A stretch of 63,818 bases of DNA, filler included, from Pirum gemmata (lineage: Eukaryota): NCBI GenBank assembly GCA_002812295.1. It is 27 parts of 27 records of this genome, joined end to end, with 100 filler letters (N's around TTAATTAATTAA, not from the genome) between each part and the next. Parts side by side here need not be neighbours in the genome. Positions count along the whole stretch, not along the records: positions 1 to 2,081 come from PDIN01008579.1; positions 2,182 to 4,232 come from PDIN01008580.1; positions 4,333 to 6,444 come from PDIN01008581.1; positions 6,545 to 8,621 come from PDIN01008582.1; positions 8,722 to 10,828 come from PDIN01008583.1; 22 more parts are not named here. One strand, given 5' to 3'. Below are positions 1 to 10,568 of the stretch, in pieces (the stretch's first letter is position 1; each line of letters starts with the position of its first letter). Under the pieces are notes generated by a model, which was not told the origin of the DNA, made no database searches, and saw only the letters and a program-made list of their open reading frames with translations. The position numbers and the translations under genes were made by a program.

Positions 1-89
1 ATTATTATTATTATTATTATTATTATCGATATCATTATTATTATTATTATTTTTATTATCATTATTATCATAACAATCAATATCTTATT

Positions 90-1970
90 TTAATTGAATT
101 CCAAACTACTTACTACTACCAAAAGTGTGCATAAAAGAGACATACTATTTGTTGTTGCGGTGTTTTCTGGGGCCAAGGTATCAGTAAATTGAGGAATAAT
201 AGTACTCATAGCACTACCTTTAGAGACAAAATCAACTTCAACTATATCTGTAGTTAGTATATGGGAACCAATATCATCATAACACTCTACAATATCTAAA
301 GAATTGAACAAGGCTATATTTTCACACTTCATCACATTACCTTTCATGTTAATTCTCTTTACGTTTACTAATGCAGCTGTTGTTAAGGAATCAATAGCAT
401 GAAATTGAAAAATATCTGAATTATAATTATTGTCAAATTCCAAAACCTCACAACTATTATAAAATTCAACATCAGAATCATCGGCTAAAGTCAATACCTT
501 ATCAACATTAATGTTAAATTGATTTGTAAAGCATTGAACATCTTTTCTAATATGATGTTTTCCAAAATCATCATAACACTCAACAATATCATCATTAAAA
601 GGTGTTATTTGGTCACATAGCAAATAATTATTTCTCAAATTGATTTTTTTTACGTTGATAAAGTTGTCGAAAAATTGGAAATTAAACAATTTGATGGGTT
701 TTTCCATATTTAAGTTACCTTGTTGTTTAAAAGCAAAGGACAGTGAAGTACAACTTGAATGATCATAACTAGGAGCGGTAGTTGGTAATAAAGCGCCTGA
801 CACATATTGAAATTCGTTGACAAAACAGGTACTCGGAGATGAGGCTTTGTTCAATATTGGAACGATATATTCAGTGTCAGTCTCTGTAAAGTTTACTGAT
901 TCTTTATGTACACCAGAACAAGTTATATTATAATCATTGAACGGCTTCATGTTTTGACAATTCATTGTCAGATCATGCTGAATAGTAATATTTCGAACAT
1001 TGATGGAATAAAATAAAGCACCGCTATCAATATCGTAATAATCAACGTCATCATCATTATTATTAATAATCAACTTGTGACAAACACGATAATCTATATC
1101 ATTACGATAACCCAATAAGCCATTGCTTACGTTAAACTTTTCGACACCACAATCTAAAGGTTCATATATATAACTTACTGGGAACATATTATCAATACAA
1201 CTAACATAACGTTCATTAAAAGCAGTAATGTTGCTACACATCGCAACATTATCCCTCATGTCAATTTTTTTCACATTTACCATAACATTATCAAAAAAGC
1301 CATTTTCAAACGAAGTAATTTTATAATTATTTGCACTTGAAAATTTTAAGTTTAAAGTGTGACAGACAGTATAATCCTTAGTGCTGATCAAAGAAATTGT
1401 TCCGTTTGCATTTAAATTGAAATCATTGAATATATCACATGTTCTTGTAATTGTTGAAGTTATGGTTATGGTGGTTGTAGTTGTAGTTGTAGTTGTAGTT
1501 GTGATTGGAGTCTGAACTATAGTTGTTTCTTGAATAAAAGTAGAAGAAGTACTAGCACTAGTTTGAGTGACTTGTTGGGATTCTGTTGATGTTGTTAATA
1601 TTTGCTCTTCTAAAATATCAATAAGAGTTTCACCATTCTGATCTACGCAAGGTACTTTATGGTCTGTAAAAGGTAAAATTTCAGAACAATAAATGTCATC
1701 ATCAAGGAAAATCATTATTAGAGAATCCATACCTATAAAAAAGTCTACATCAAAACTTTCAATGTTTAAAATTTCTTCATGAGTATCAATGGACAATTCT
1801 ATAACATGACAATTCTTTTCCTTGGTTACATTATGTTTTAAAATACCGTTGGTAAGAACAAAATGATCAAAATAACAATAAATTTCCTGGTTTTCTTGAG
1901 CTAGGGAAACACATATGATATTTAAAATGGAAACCCCAATTAATAAAATTATTTGGTGAAGTGTATTCAT
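90..1970 (-). CDS. Secreted, probably GPI-anchored surface protein with five tandem Cys-bracketed LRR-like modules and a Thr-rich linker
   Basis: 626-aa intact ORF; hydrophobic signal peptide (IILLIGVSILNIICVSLA); five ~85-95-aa repeats C..F....G.L...C..L.....FF....VK.I....N...C..I.PFN...V.C.D; LRR-like segment ITSFENGFFDNVMVNVKKIDMRDN; hydrophobic C-terminus (SMSLLCTLLVVVSS) with no cytoplasmic tail. Confidence 0.8.
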   Translation of the reverse strand: MNTLHQIILLIGVSILNIICVSLAQENQEIYCYFDHFVLTNGILKHNVTKEKNCHVIELSIDTHEEILNIESFDVDFFIGMDSLIMIFLDDDIYCSEILPFTDHKVPCVDQNGETLIDILEEQILTTSTESQQVTQTSASTSSTFIQETTIVQTPITTTTTTTTTTTITITSTITRTCDIFNDFNLNANGTISLISTKDYTVCHTLNLKFSSANNYKITSFENGFFDNVMVNVKKIDMRDNVAMCSNITAFNERYVSCIDNMFPVSYIYEPLDCGVEKFNVSNGLLGYRNDIDYRVCHKLIINNNDDDVDYYDIDSGALFYSINVRNITIQHDLTMNCQNMKPFNDYNITCSGVHKESVNFTETDTEYIVPILNKASSPSTCFVNEFQYVSGALLPTTAPSYDHSSCTSLSFAFKQQGNLNMEKPIKLFNFQFFDNFINVKKINLRNNYLLCDQITPFNDDIVECYDDFGKHHIRKDVQCFTNQFNINVDKVLTLADDSDVEFYNSCEVLEFDNNYNSDIFQFHAIDSLTTAALVNVKRINMKGNVMKCENIALFNSLDIVECYDDIGSHILTTDIVEVDFVSKGSAMSTIIPQFTDTLAPENTATTNSMSLLCTLLVVVSSLEFN

Positions 1971-2081
1971 TTTTCTTTGTTGTTTTTCTGTTTTGTTGTT
2001 TTGTTATTTTGCTGTTTTGTTGTTTTGTTGTTTTGTTGTTTTGTTGTTTTGTTGTTTGGTTGTTTGGTTGTTTGGTTGTTT

Positions 2082-2181
2082 NNNNNNNNNNNNNNNNNNN
2101 NNNNNNNNNNNNNNNNNNNNNNNNNTTAATTAATTAANNNNNNNNNNNNNNNNNNNNNNNNNNNNNNNNNNNNNNNNNNNN
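2082..2181. other. Artificial contig-joining linker (44 N + TTAATTAATTAA + 44 N), first of 26
   Basis: Identical 100-nt cassette with a six-frame stop; others start at 4233, 6445, 8622, 10829, 13015, 15813, 18019, 20225, 23892, 26098, 28243, 31664, 33842, 36018, 38204, 40360, 42528, 46359, 48564, 50769, 52924, 55130, 57309, 59483, 61663. Confidence 0.97.
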
Positions 2182-2216
2182 TTATTATTATTATTATTAT
2201 TGTTATTATTAAATAG

Positions 2217-3992
2217 ATGATGGGCACTTTTTTGTCAGAGGCGTCCGTACAATTCTTGACGCAAGAGGCCAACAAACAACGGAACTCGAGTTTGAACCCT
2301 CAACATCAATGTTTGGATAATTCACCTCCTATGAGTAATTTTAAGAAAATTGATTTGACTGCAAAACAAAATGACTATTCTGAAGTTTATATTGAAAACT
2401 TGAAATTAAATGTTACTCATTCTAAAAAAAAAATCAATTTGACAATTATTTCTGAGGTTAAAACCATGGTAGCTAGGCTATTTTTTGCAAAGGATGAAAA
2501 GAATAACAGTGTAAAAGTATCTTTATATAACTTAGATTCCATTCTCAAACCAAAACAGATTTTAAACGTTTTGGCTATTGGGAATACTTTAACACTATAC
2601 GATCCTTATTTAAAGATTCCTACCCAAGGAGTTGGCACTATGCTACGTGTTGATAATCCATATAATATTGTATTTCATCAAGATTATAATATCGACAGAT
2701 GTTCTAATTTAGGCTGCTCAAAGAAAGGTACTAAAAAATGCTCTAATTGTTATTATATTTCATATTGCGATACTGAGTGCCAAAAAAAGGATTGGCAGTA
2801 TCATAAGAAAGTCTGCAAAAAACAAATCAATATCTCTTGTGAAAAACAAGTTTTGAAGGAATATTTAAGTATTGACATCCTAACTGATAGTAGCAAAAAA
2901 GACAGATTGCAACAATTGTGTTATATTCGTGATGATTTGATAGAAGTTCGAAAAAGTAATTTAAGTAATAGTCTTGGTGTTTTTTCACGAGCGTTCATTC
3001 CCAGTGGCAGTTTGATCATTGTAGAAACGCCATTACTTACGTATCGCGACAAGTCACTGTTTCTAGTACATAGTACACCCGATAAGTCGCTGAATTATTG
3101 CAATACAAATATTATGAAAGCAATGGATTTATATGCTGATCCTCAATGTGATACCCACAATTTTAAAGTATATACAAAAGTTATGAATAAGTTGACTCAA
3201 AATATGACCCCCAAATCATCGCCTTGTTGTAATGGGCATAATCAAAGTAGTGCCTTTAGAATGTTCGAAGTGGCGAATTGTAATGGCTTTGGTAGTTTGG
3301 ACCCAAAAAATAGTGCAAATGGTGCTATTTATATGTATGCTTCAAGATTCAATCATTCATGTATTTCAAATACAACTTGGCAACAATATCCAAACAATAC
3401 AATCTTACTGTATACTACAAAGGATATTCAAAAAGGTAAAGAATTGGTTGTTTCTTATGCTCCTCTTGATGGTGACAAGGATATTACGCAATTTCGAACA
3501 GACTTTTCATGCCAATGTTCTCTATGCCGTAACAATAATAATCAAAATACCGTGCTAGACAAAAGCATTAATGACATTTTAAAAACTTTCAATATAAAGG
3601 ATAAGAATGTTAGTGAAGCAATTAAAGTATTATCAAGCAAAAAACTTCAATTATTTCGTAAAATGACTTCGGGTGCTTGGATTGATGATCCCAGAAAAAT
3701 GTTTTCGGAATTACTTCAGTTAAGTAAAGCTTTACAAAATTTATTGGAATTTTGTTCCGGCATGGGTACCATTAATAGTGTTATGGAAATTATGTTTCAA
3801 ATCAGAGTAGAATCTAACCTCAAAGCTTTAAATTTTTTTGGTACTGCAGACGATATTGATGTTACCAATCTCGTGCACTATGTTGAAAAATACTGTCCAA
3901 AGGGAATCACCGCAAAACATTTTCTAGCTATTATGCCTTGTGATGATTATTTTAATGATTTATATGCTACTGCTTTGCGTGAATATAAATAA
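2217..3992 (+). CDS. MYND zinc finger + SET domain protein (SMYD-related lysine methyltransferase); 5' end may be an internal exon
   Basis: MYND CSNLGC...KCSNCYYISYCDTECQKKDWQYHKKVC; SET motifs GVFSRAFIPSGSLII, SRFNHSCISN, KDIQKGKELVVSY; post-SET FSCQCSLC; ATG directly follows a possible acceptor (aaatag). Confidence 0.9.
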   Translation: MMGTFLSEASVQFLTQEANKQRNSSLNPQHQCLDNSPPMSNFKKIDLTAKQNDYSEVYIENLKLNVTHSKKKINLTIISEVKTMVARLFFAKDEKNNSVKVSLYNLDSILKPKQILNVLAIGNTLTLYDPYLKIPTQGVGTMLRVDNPYNIVFHQDYNIDRCSNLGCSKKGTKKCSNCYYISYCDTECQKKDWQYHKKVCKKQINISCEKQVLKEYLSIDILTDSSKKDRLQQLCYIRDDLIEVRKSNLSNSLGVFSRAFIPSGSLIIVETPLLTYRDKSLFLVHSTPDKSLNYCNTNIMKAMDLYADPQCDTHNFKVYTKVMNKLTQNMTPKSSPCCNGHNQSSAFRMFEVANCNGFGSLDPKNSANGAIYMYASRFNHSCISNTTWQQYPNNTILLYTTKDIQKGKELVVSYAPLDGDKDITQFRTDFSCQCSLCRNNNNQNTVLDKSINDILKTFNIKDKNVSEAIKVLSSKKLQLFRKMTSGAWIDDPRKMFSELLQLSKALQNLLEFCSGMGTINSVMEIMFQIRVESNLKALNFFGTADDIDVTNLVHYVEKYCPKGITAKHFLAIMPCDDYFNDLYATALREYK

Positions 3993-4400
3993 ATGTATAA
4001 GACCCCTTGGACTGTATACAGCCCTTTGGTTTGTATAGAGCCCTTTGGATTCAGAGCTAGAATATAACAGGAGTGGAAATCACACGTAAAAAAATTACTA
4101 TTACTATTACTATTACTATTACTATTACTATTACTATTACTATTACTATTACTATTACTATTACTATTACTATTGCTATTACTATTACTATTACTATTAC
4201 TATTACTATTACTATTACTATTACTATTACTANNNNNNNNNNNNNNNNNNNNNNNNNNNNNNNNNNNNNNNNNNNNTTAATTAATTAANNNNNNNNNNNN
4301 NNNNNNNNNNNNNNNNNNNNNNNNNNNNNNNNTAATAATAATAATTAGATGAGAATAATAATAATAATAATAATAATAATTAGATGAGAAAATAAATAAT

Positions 4401-5320
4401 AAAAAAAGAGATTGGGTAATAAATTTCAGTTAATAAAAGGGATAAGGCAATAAAATTTAACGTATAAAAGGAATTAGGCAATAAAATTTAACATATCAAC
4501 GGAATAAGACAACAAAATTTAACATATAAAAGGGAATAGGCCTTAAAATTTAACATATAAAAGGAATTAGGCAATAAAATTTAACATTTGAAAGGGATTA
4601 GGCTTTAAAATTTAACATACAAAAGGAATTAGGCTATAAAATTTAACATATAAAAGGGATTAGGCAATAAAATTTTTAACATATAAAAGGGATTAGGCAA
4701 TAAAATTTAAAATATCAAAGGAATAAGGCAATAAAATTTAAAGTATAAAAGGGATTGGACTTTAAAATTTAACATATAAAAGGGATTGGGCATTAAAATT
4801 TAAAATATAAAAGGAATTAGGCCATAAAATTTAACATAAAAAAGGGATTAGGCAATAAAACTTAACATATCAAAGGAATAAGGCAATAAATTTAACATAT
4901 TAACGGAATAAGGCAATAAAATTAAACGTATAAAAGGGAATAGGCATTAAAATTTAACATATAAAAGGAATTAGACAATAAATTTTAACATATAAAAGGG
5001 ATAAGCCATTAAAATTTAACATATAAAAGGGAAAGGCATTAAAATTTAACATTTAAAAGGAATTAGGTAATAAGATTTAACATATCAAAGGAATAAGGCA
5101 ATAAAATTTAACATATAAAAGGGAATAGGCATTAAAATTTAAGATATAAAAGAGATCAGGCAATAAAATTTAACATGTGAAAGGGATTAGGCATTAAATT
5201 TAACATATAAAAGGAATTAGGCAATAAAATTTAACATATAAAAGACATTAGGCAATAAAAATTTTAACATATAAAAGGGATTAGGCAATAAAATTTAAAA
5301 TATAAAAGGGGTTAGGCAAT
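4401..5320. repeat. ~30-bp tandem satellite (~30 copies) abutting a TTAGGG tract
   Basis: Consensus AAAAGGGATTAGGCAATAAAATTTAACATAT, head-to-tail, diverged copies, no spacers. Confidence 0.92.
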
Positions 5321-5680
5321 AGGGTTAGGGTTAGGGTTAGGGTTAGGGTTAGGGTTAGGGTTAGGGTTAGGGTTAGGGTTAGGGTTAGNNNNNNNNNNNN
5401 NNNNNNNNNNNNNNNNNNNNNNNNNNNNNNNNNNNNNNNNNNNNNNNNNNNNNNNNNNNNNNNNNNNNNNNNNNNNNNNNNNNNNNNNNNNNNNNNNNNN
5501 NNNNNNNNNNNNNNNNNNNNNNNNNNNNNNNNNNNNNNNNNNNNNNNNNNNNNNNNNNNNNNNNNNNNGGGTTAGGGTTAGGGTTAGGGTTAGGGTTAGG
5601 GTTAGGGTTAGGGTTAGGGTTAGGGTTAGGGTTAGGGTTAGGGTTAGAGTTAAGGTTAGGTTTAGGGTTATGGTTAGGGT
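5321..5680 (+). repeat. Telomere-type (TTAGGG)n tract, interstitial, with internal N gap
   Basis: Perfect TTAGGG runs 5321-5388 and 5569-5645, degenerating to 5680; non-telomeric sequence on both sides. Confidence 0.9.
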
Positions 5681-5690
5681 ATCCACATAC

Positions 5691-5868
5691 AGGATTCTGT
5701 AACAAATTTAAAAAGATTTGACAGAACTATTATTGCACCATCAAAATCATCTATTCGAAATTTGCATTGCCACAGTCTTTTTAAAACATTTACAGTAGAA
5801 ACAGCAGTACTTTTTAACTCTAAACATTTTTCATAGTAAATGACAGCTTCTCCATCACAATCCAAATA
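5691..5868 (-). CDS. Internal exon of a TPR-like helical-repeat protein
   Basis: Bounded by ttattag acceptor and GTATGT donor on minus strand; translates YLDCDGEAVIYYEKCLELKSTAVSTVNVLKRLWQCKFRIDDFDGAIIVLSNLF (TPR-like A..YYEKCL pattern). Confidence 0.55.
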
Positions 5869-5943
5869 CTAATAACATAAATAATGATATTGGAGAATAA
5901 TAATAATAAAATGAGGAATGAAAATAACAACTACCTTATTATC

Positions 5944-6074
5944 TAACCCTAACCCTAACCCTAACCCTAACCCTAACCCTACCCCTAACCCTAAACCCTA
6001 AACCCTTACCTAACCCTAACCCTAAACCTAACCCTAAACCCTAACCCTAAACCTAACCCTAAACCCTAACCCTA

Positions 6075-6107
<33 letters not shown>

Positions 6108-6206
6108 CCCTAAATCCTAAACCCTAACCTAATCCTAACCCTAACCCTAAACCGTAAACCGTAAACCTAAACCTAACCCTAACCTTAACCTTAACCATAA
6201 CCCTAA
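5944..6206 (-). repeat. Degenerate (CCCTAA)n telomere-like tract
   Basis: CCCTAA units mixed with CCCTAAA/CCTAA/CCGTAAA variants. Confidence 0.85.
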
Positions 6207-6935
6207 CTTTCATACAGAAAAACATCAATATTAATTACTACCCCTACACTCTCGTACTATATTATTAATTCGAAACAAAAAGCGTGGCGAAATTCAAGAA
6301 AAATAATAATATGACAAAGAATAATATTAACTTCAAAAATAATAAATGTGTGTTTTGAAATAATAATGAATTCCCAATTATTTGTTTAAAAAGTATTATA
6401 TTTACTTTCTAAACCACCCACACCCACGCCCACCCCACGCCCACNNNNNNNNNNNNNNNNNNNNNNNNNNNNNNNNNNNNNNNNNNNNTTAATTAATTAA
6501 NNNNNNNNNNNNNNNNNNNNNNNNNNNNNNNNNNNNNNNNNNNNATACCAATAATAATAATAAAAATAATAATAATACTAAAATAACAATAAAAGTCAAA
6601 CAACAACAACAACAATAACTACAACAATAACAACAGCAACAACAACAACACCAACAATAACAATAACAATAACAATAACAACGTTAACAACAATAATAAT
6701 AATAATAAACTTCTTCTTCTTCCACCATGACCACCACTTCGTCCAATTCAACATCTTCAACTACATCAACCTCAATTGCTTCTTCTAGTAGTACCACACT
6801 TACATATACACTACCTACCTAAACAATAATTTGATTCTATTTCTCATATTTTATCTACAATTCAACAATTTCGTGATGATCCAGTAATCAAGTCTCTCCT
6901 AAATAAATCTATTACATCTAACTGTTCCACTGATG

Positions 6936-7280
6936 ACTGATTTGAAAATTATATTCATATTTAGAAAATATCTGGGACTGATTTGAAAATTACAACCATA
7001 TTTAGACAATATTACTATGTTTAGGATTTTATTCACCTACTTTTTTAAAAAAATATGAATAAAAAGATTATTAAAAAAAATATCTAATGGAAACCTTCTA
7101 TTCTAAAAAAATATTTGAAAATCACATCCATATTTAGGAAATATTACTATTTTTAGCAGTTTATTCAAAAGATTAATAAAATATCCAATGGAAACCTTCC
7201 ATTATAAATAAATAATTATATTTATGGGAACTGATTTTATAATCACATCCATATTTAGAAAATACTACCGTTTTTAGGAG
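6936..7280. repeat. Diverged short tandem repeat
   Basis: About 4 recurrences of GATTTGAAAAT(T/C)ACATCCATATTTAGAAAATA(T/C)TAC and 2 of AATGGAAACCTTC. Confidence 0.6.
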
Positions 7281-7315
7281 ATTATGAACCCATAAAGGTT
7301 TACTTATACTATTTA

Positions 7316-7539
7316 GACTTCTCCCAATTCTGCTTTTTAAAAAAATCGAATTTTCGAGCCTATACATCAATTAAATGAGTTTGAACATTTTAAACTAACA
7401 GTTAAGTATTCGAGTATATTTATTTATTAATAAATCCGAAAAAAATGGAAATAATAAATTTCGAACAAGGCTGAGTTTTGGCTTTTTTTTTGATAGCAGA
7501 AATTCGAGTTTTCGGGCTTGAGCAGAATTCAGAGAGGCT
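7316..7539 (+). mobile_element. MITE family A (~222 bp), TA-flanked
   Basis: Imperfect TIRs GACTTCTCCCAATTCTGC / GCAGAATTCAGAGAGGCT, TA on both sides; colinear with 28797-29018. Confidence 0.8.
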
Positions 7540-7585
7540 TATAATTATTTAGAACTTTATTTAGACTGTTTGGTCAAAATTTTTA

Positions 7586-7690
7586 ACGTCACGTCAAGGG
7601 GTAGGTAGGTAGGTGGTATTTAACCGGAAATTAACGTCAAGGGGTAGGTAGATAGGGGTATTTGAAGCTATATTTGACCGGAAATTGGCG
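7586..7690 (+). mobile_element. Fragment of Harbinger-like MITE related to 21763-21903
   Basis: ACGTCACGTCAAGGGGTAGGTAGGTAGGTGGTA...GAAATTAACGTC matches the reverse complement of ~21815-21886. Confidence 0.55.
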
Positions 7691-7711
7691 TTACTGGTTA
7701 TAACTTTTGAC

Positions 7712-7763
<52 letters not shown>

Positions 7764-8359
7764 TTATTTTTTCTTTTTTTTTTTTTATTTTTAGAAACAC
7801 AGACCCAGACCCAGACACACACACATAACACACATAACACACATAACACACATACACCACATACATAATATTATACATACAGCAATACATACACACAAAC
7901 ACACACATACCGATGCACACAACACACATACACACAACAAGCATATATGTACACACATACACACACACACAACACAAACAGACACACAGACCCACAAACA
8001 TACACATAACAAATTAGACATAACCCACACCCATACCCATACTCACACTCATACCCCATATTATAATCATTACAAAATCATAGTTATTTAGTAAAGTTTA
8101 TCTTCGCATATATAAATAAACTTCGGTGTTAGCTGGTAATTATACACTGGTGGCTGCATAGAAATATAGTAACTGTATTATAAAATTGTTTGGTTATTAA
8201 TATTATTAAATTATTATAGTAATATATATTTTCATTTTTAATGTACTTAATATTAATTAAGTATTATTTCTTTTGGCGTCTATGGACATTGTATCTAAAG
8301 CTATTTTGTAATTTATTATCAACACAGAAGTCAAGTTCTTATTTTATTTATCAAGTATT

Positions 8360-8485
8360 GTGCTTTTCATTTATTTTGTCATTCTGAATATTTATTTGGT
8401 TGTTTTTATAATATTTATATTGATACTTTTAAATAAATAAATATATAATAAAATATTATATTATACCTATAAATTAAATAAATTG
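8360..8485 (+). mobile_element. MITE family B, truncated copy (second fragment at 8572-8621)
   Basis: Begins GTGCTTTTCATTTATTTTGTCA..GAATATTTATTTGG as in complete copies. Confidence 0.65.
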
Positions 8486-8862
8486 ACGGGTAGAAGCACT
8501 TAAAATTTTTATTCTATTATGGTGGATATGGGCCGGATATGGGCTCAATGATAACATTATTATAATATATCGTGCTTTTCGTTTATTTTGAATATTTATT
8601 TGGAGGGTTATAATCTTTAAANNNNNNNNNNNNNNNNNNNNNNNNNNNNNNNNNNNNNNNNNNNNTTAATTAATTAANNNNNNNNNNNNNNNNNNNNNNN
8701 NNNNNNNNNNNNNNNNNNNNNAAAAGGAATGAGCAAATACTTAAAATCAGATTGAAAAATTTCAAAAGTTCGAACTAGTCTCGATTCGATGATTTTCCCC
8801 GCATCTCCTGGGAATTTCACTATAGATTTATAGCAAAAAAAATATAAAAACTTTTTTTGGTT

Positions 8863-10568
8863 TTAAGCAAAGTTAGCAGCTTCTTCACTTCCTTCGGTGG
8901 TGTTTCCGCCACTATAAGAATGAGCTCCAGTTCCAGCCAATTCTCCGTTTTGAACAATTAAATATTCACTTCTAATAGGTCTCTTTTCAAAATAACATTC
9001 TAAAATTTCTCTTACTCCAGCTGCATACCTTGCTTGTGCACTAAGTGTTGTTCCAGATGTGTGAGGGGTCATACCATGATTTGGCATGGTTCTCCATGGA
9101 TGGTCTTTAGGAGCAGGTTGAGGAAACCAAACATCACCAGCATAACCTGCCAAGTGACCTTCTTTTAACGCTTTAGCAATTTGATCACGGTCACAAATCT
9201 ATATATATATACAAAATTTTAATAATGAATAATAAATAATAATGATAATGATAATGATGATAATAATCATAATGAAAATGATAATGATGATAATAATCAT
9301 AATGAAAATGATAATGATGATAATAATCATAATGATAATGATGTGTTACGTGTTATGTGTTATTTATTATGTGTTATGTGTCACGTGTCATGTTTATTGT
9401 TGTTTATTATTTGTATTTATTATTTATTATTTATTATTTATTATTTATTATTTGTTATTTGTTATTTATTATTTGTTATTTGTTATTTGTTATTTGTTAT
9501 TTGTTATTTGTTATTTGTTATTTGTNNNNNNNNNNNNNNNNNNNNNNNNNNNNNNNNNNNNNNTTTATTATTTGTTATTTGTTATTTGTTATTTGTTATT
9601 TGTTATTTGTTATTTGTTATTTGTTATTTGTTATTTATTATTTATTATTTATTATTTATTATTTATTATTTGTTATTGTAATGGTAGTTATTGTTATTTA
9701 TTTGTTATTGCTATTGTTAAATATTATTATAGTTGTATATTGTTATTGTTACTGTTATACATTGTTATTGTATAAGACTGTATAAGTATACTGTGCACCC
9801 AAAAATTTCATAACTATTAAATATGTCAGTACCTTTCCACGGGCAGTGTTGATGATATAAGCACCACGTTTCATAGAACGGATCATTTTTTCATCAAATA
9901 AATTTTCAGTTTCCGAATGAAGCGGACAATTAATAGTAACAACGTCACAGACTTTAACCATGTCAGCAACGTTTTCATGATAGGTTAAGTTAAGTTCTTT
10001 TTCTATATGTTCTGGTAAACGATGACGATCTGTATAATGTAATTTGCAAGAAAACGGATGTAGACGTCTCAAAACTGCTAATCCAATTCTACCAGAAGCA
10101 ACAGTACCAACGTTCATACCTTCAACATCATAAGCACGTTGAACACAATCTGCAATGTTCCAACCACCATTCAAAACTTGCATATGAGAAGGAATATAAT
10201 TGCGAACCTTTCATGTTTTTTTATTTTTACAAATATCAGTGTTAAAATTAAGGTGTTAGGGTTCTATTATGTATTGGAGTTTTTTACAAATATAATATTT
10301 TCATTGTTAACATTAAGGAAATGTGACTAAGTATATATAAACGAAAATAAGACATTTGAACCTCAAATCCAGATTAATACATATTATTTTTATAGTAGTA
10401 GTAGTAGTATATATTAAAAAAATAATTACTAACCATTCCTAAGATCATCATAACAACATGTTCAGCGACACTGATACTATTACAGAAGGTAACTTCAGTA
10501 ACATCTACTTTATTTTTCATGGCAGCATCTAAATCTACATGATCAGATCCGATGCCAGCAGTGATAGC
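8863..10568 (-). CDS. fdh: NAD-dependent formate dehydrogenase, bacterial type, 3' part; exons 10434-10568, 9833-10207, 8863-9198 (5' exons outside contig)
   Basis: Splicing at GT/AG gives in-frame [12 protein letters not shown]...[24 protein letters not shown]...GTVASGRIG...YTDRHRL...INTARGK|ICDRD...[22 protein letters not shown]...[21 protein letters not shown]; all introns phase 0; FDH signature PQP and catalytic Arg in NTARG. Confidence 0.96.

Noticed and set aside
4401..5320. CRISPR-like array of ~30-bp repeats
   Set aside because: Units are head-to-tail and mutually diverged with no unique spacers; no cas genes; eukaryotic context.
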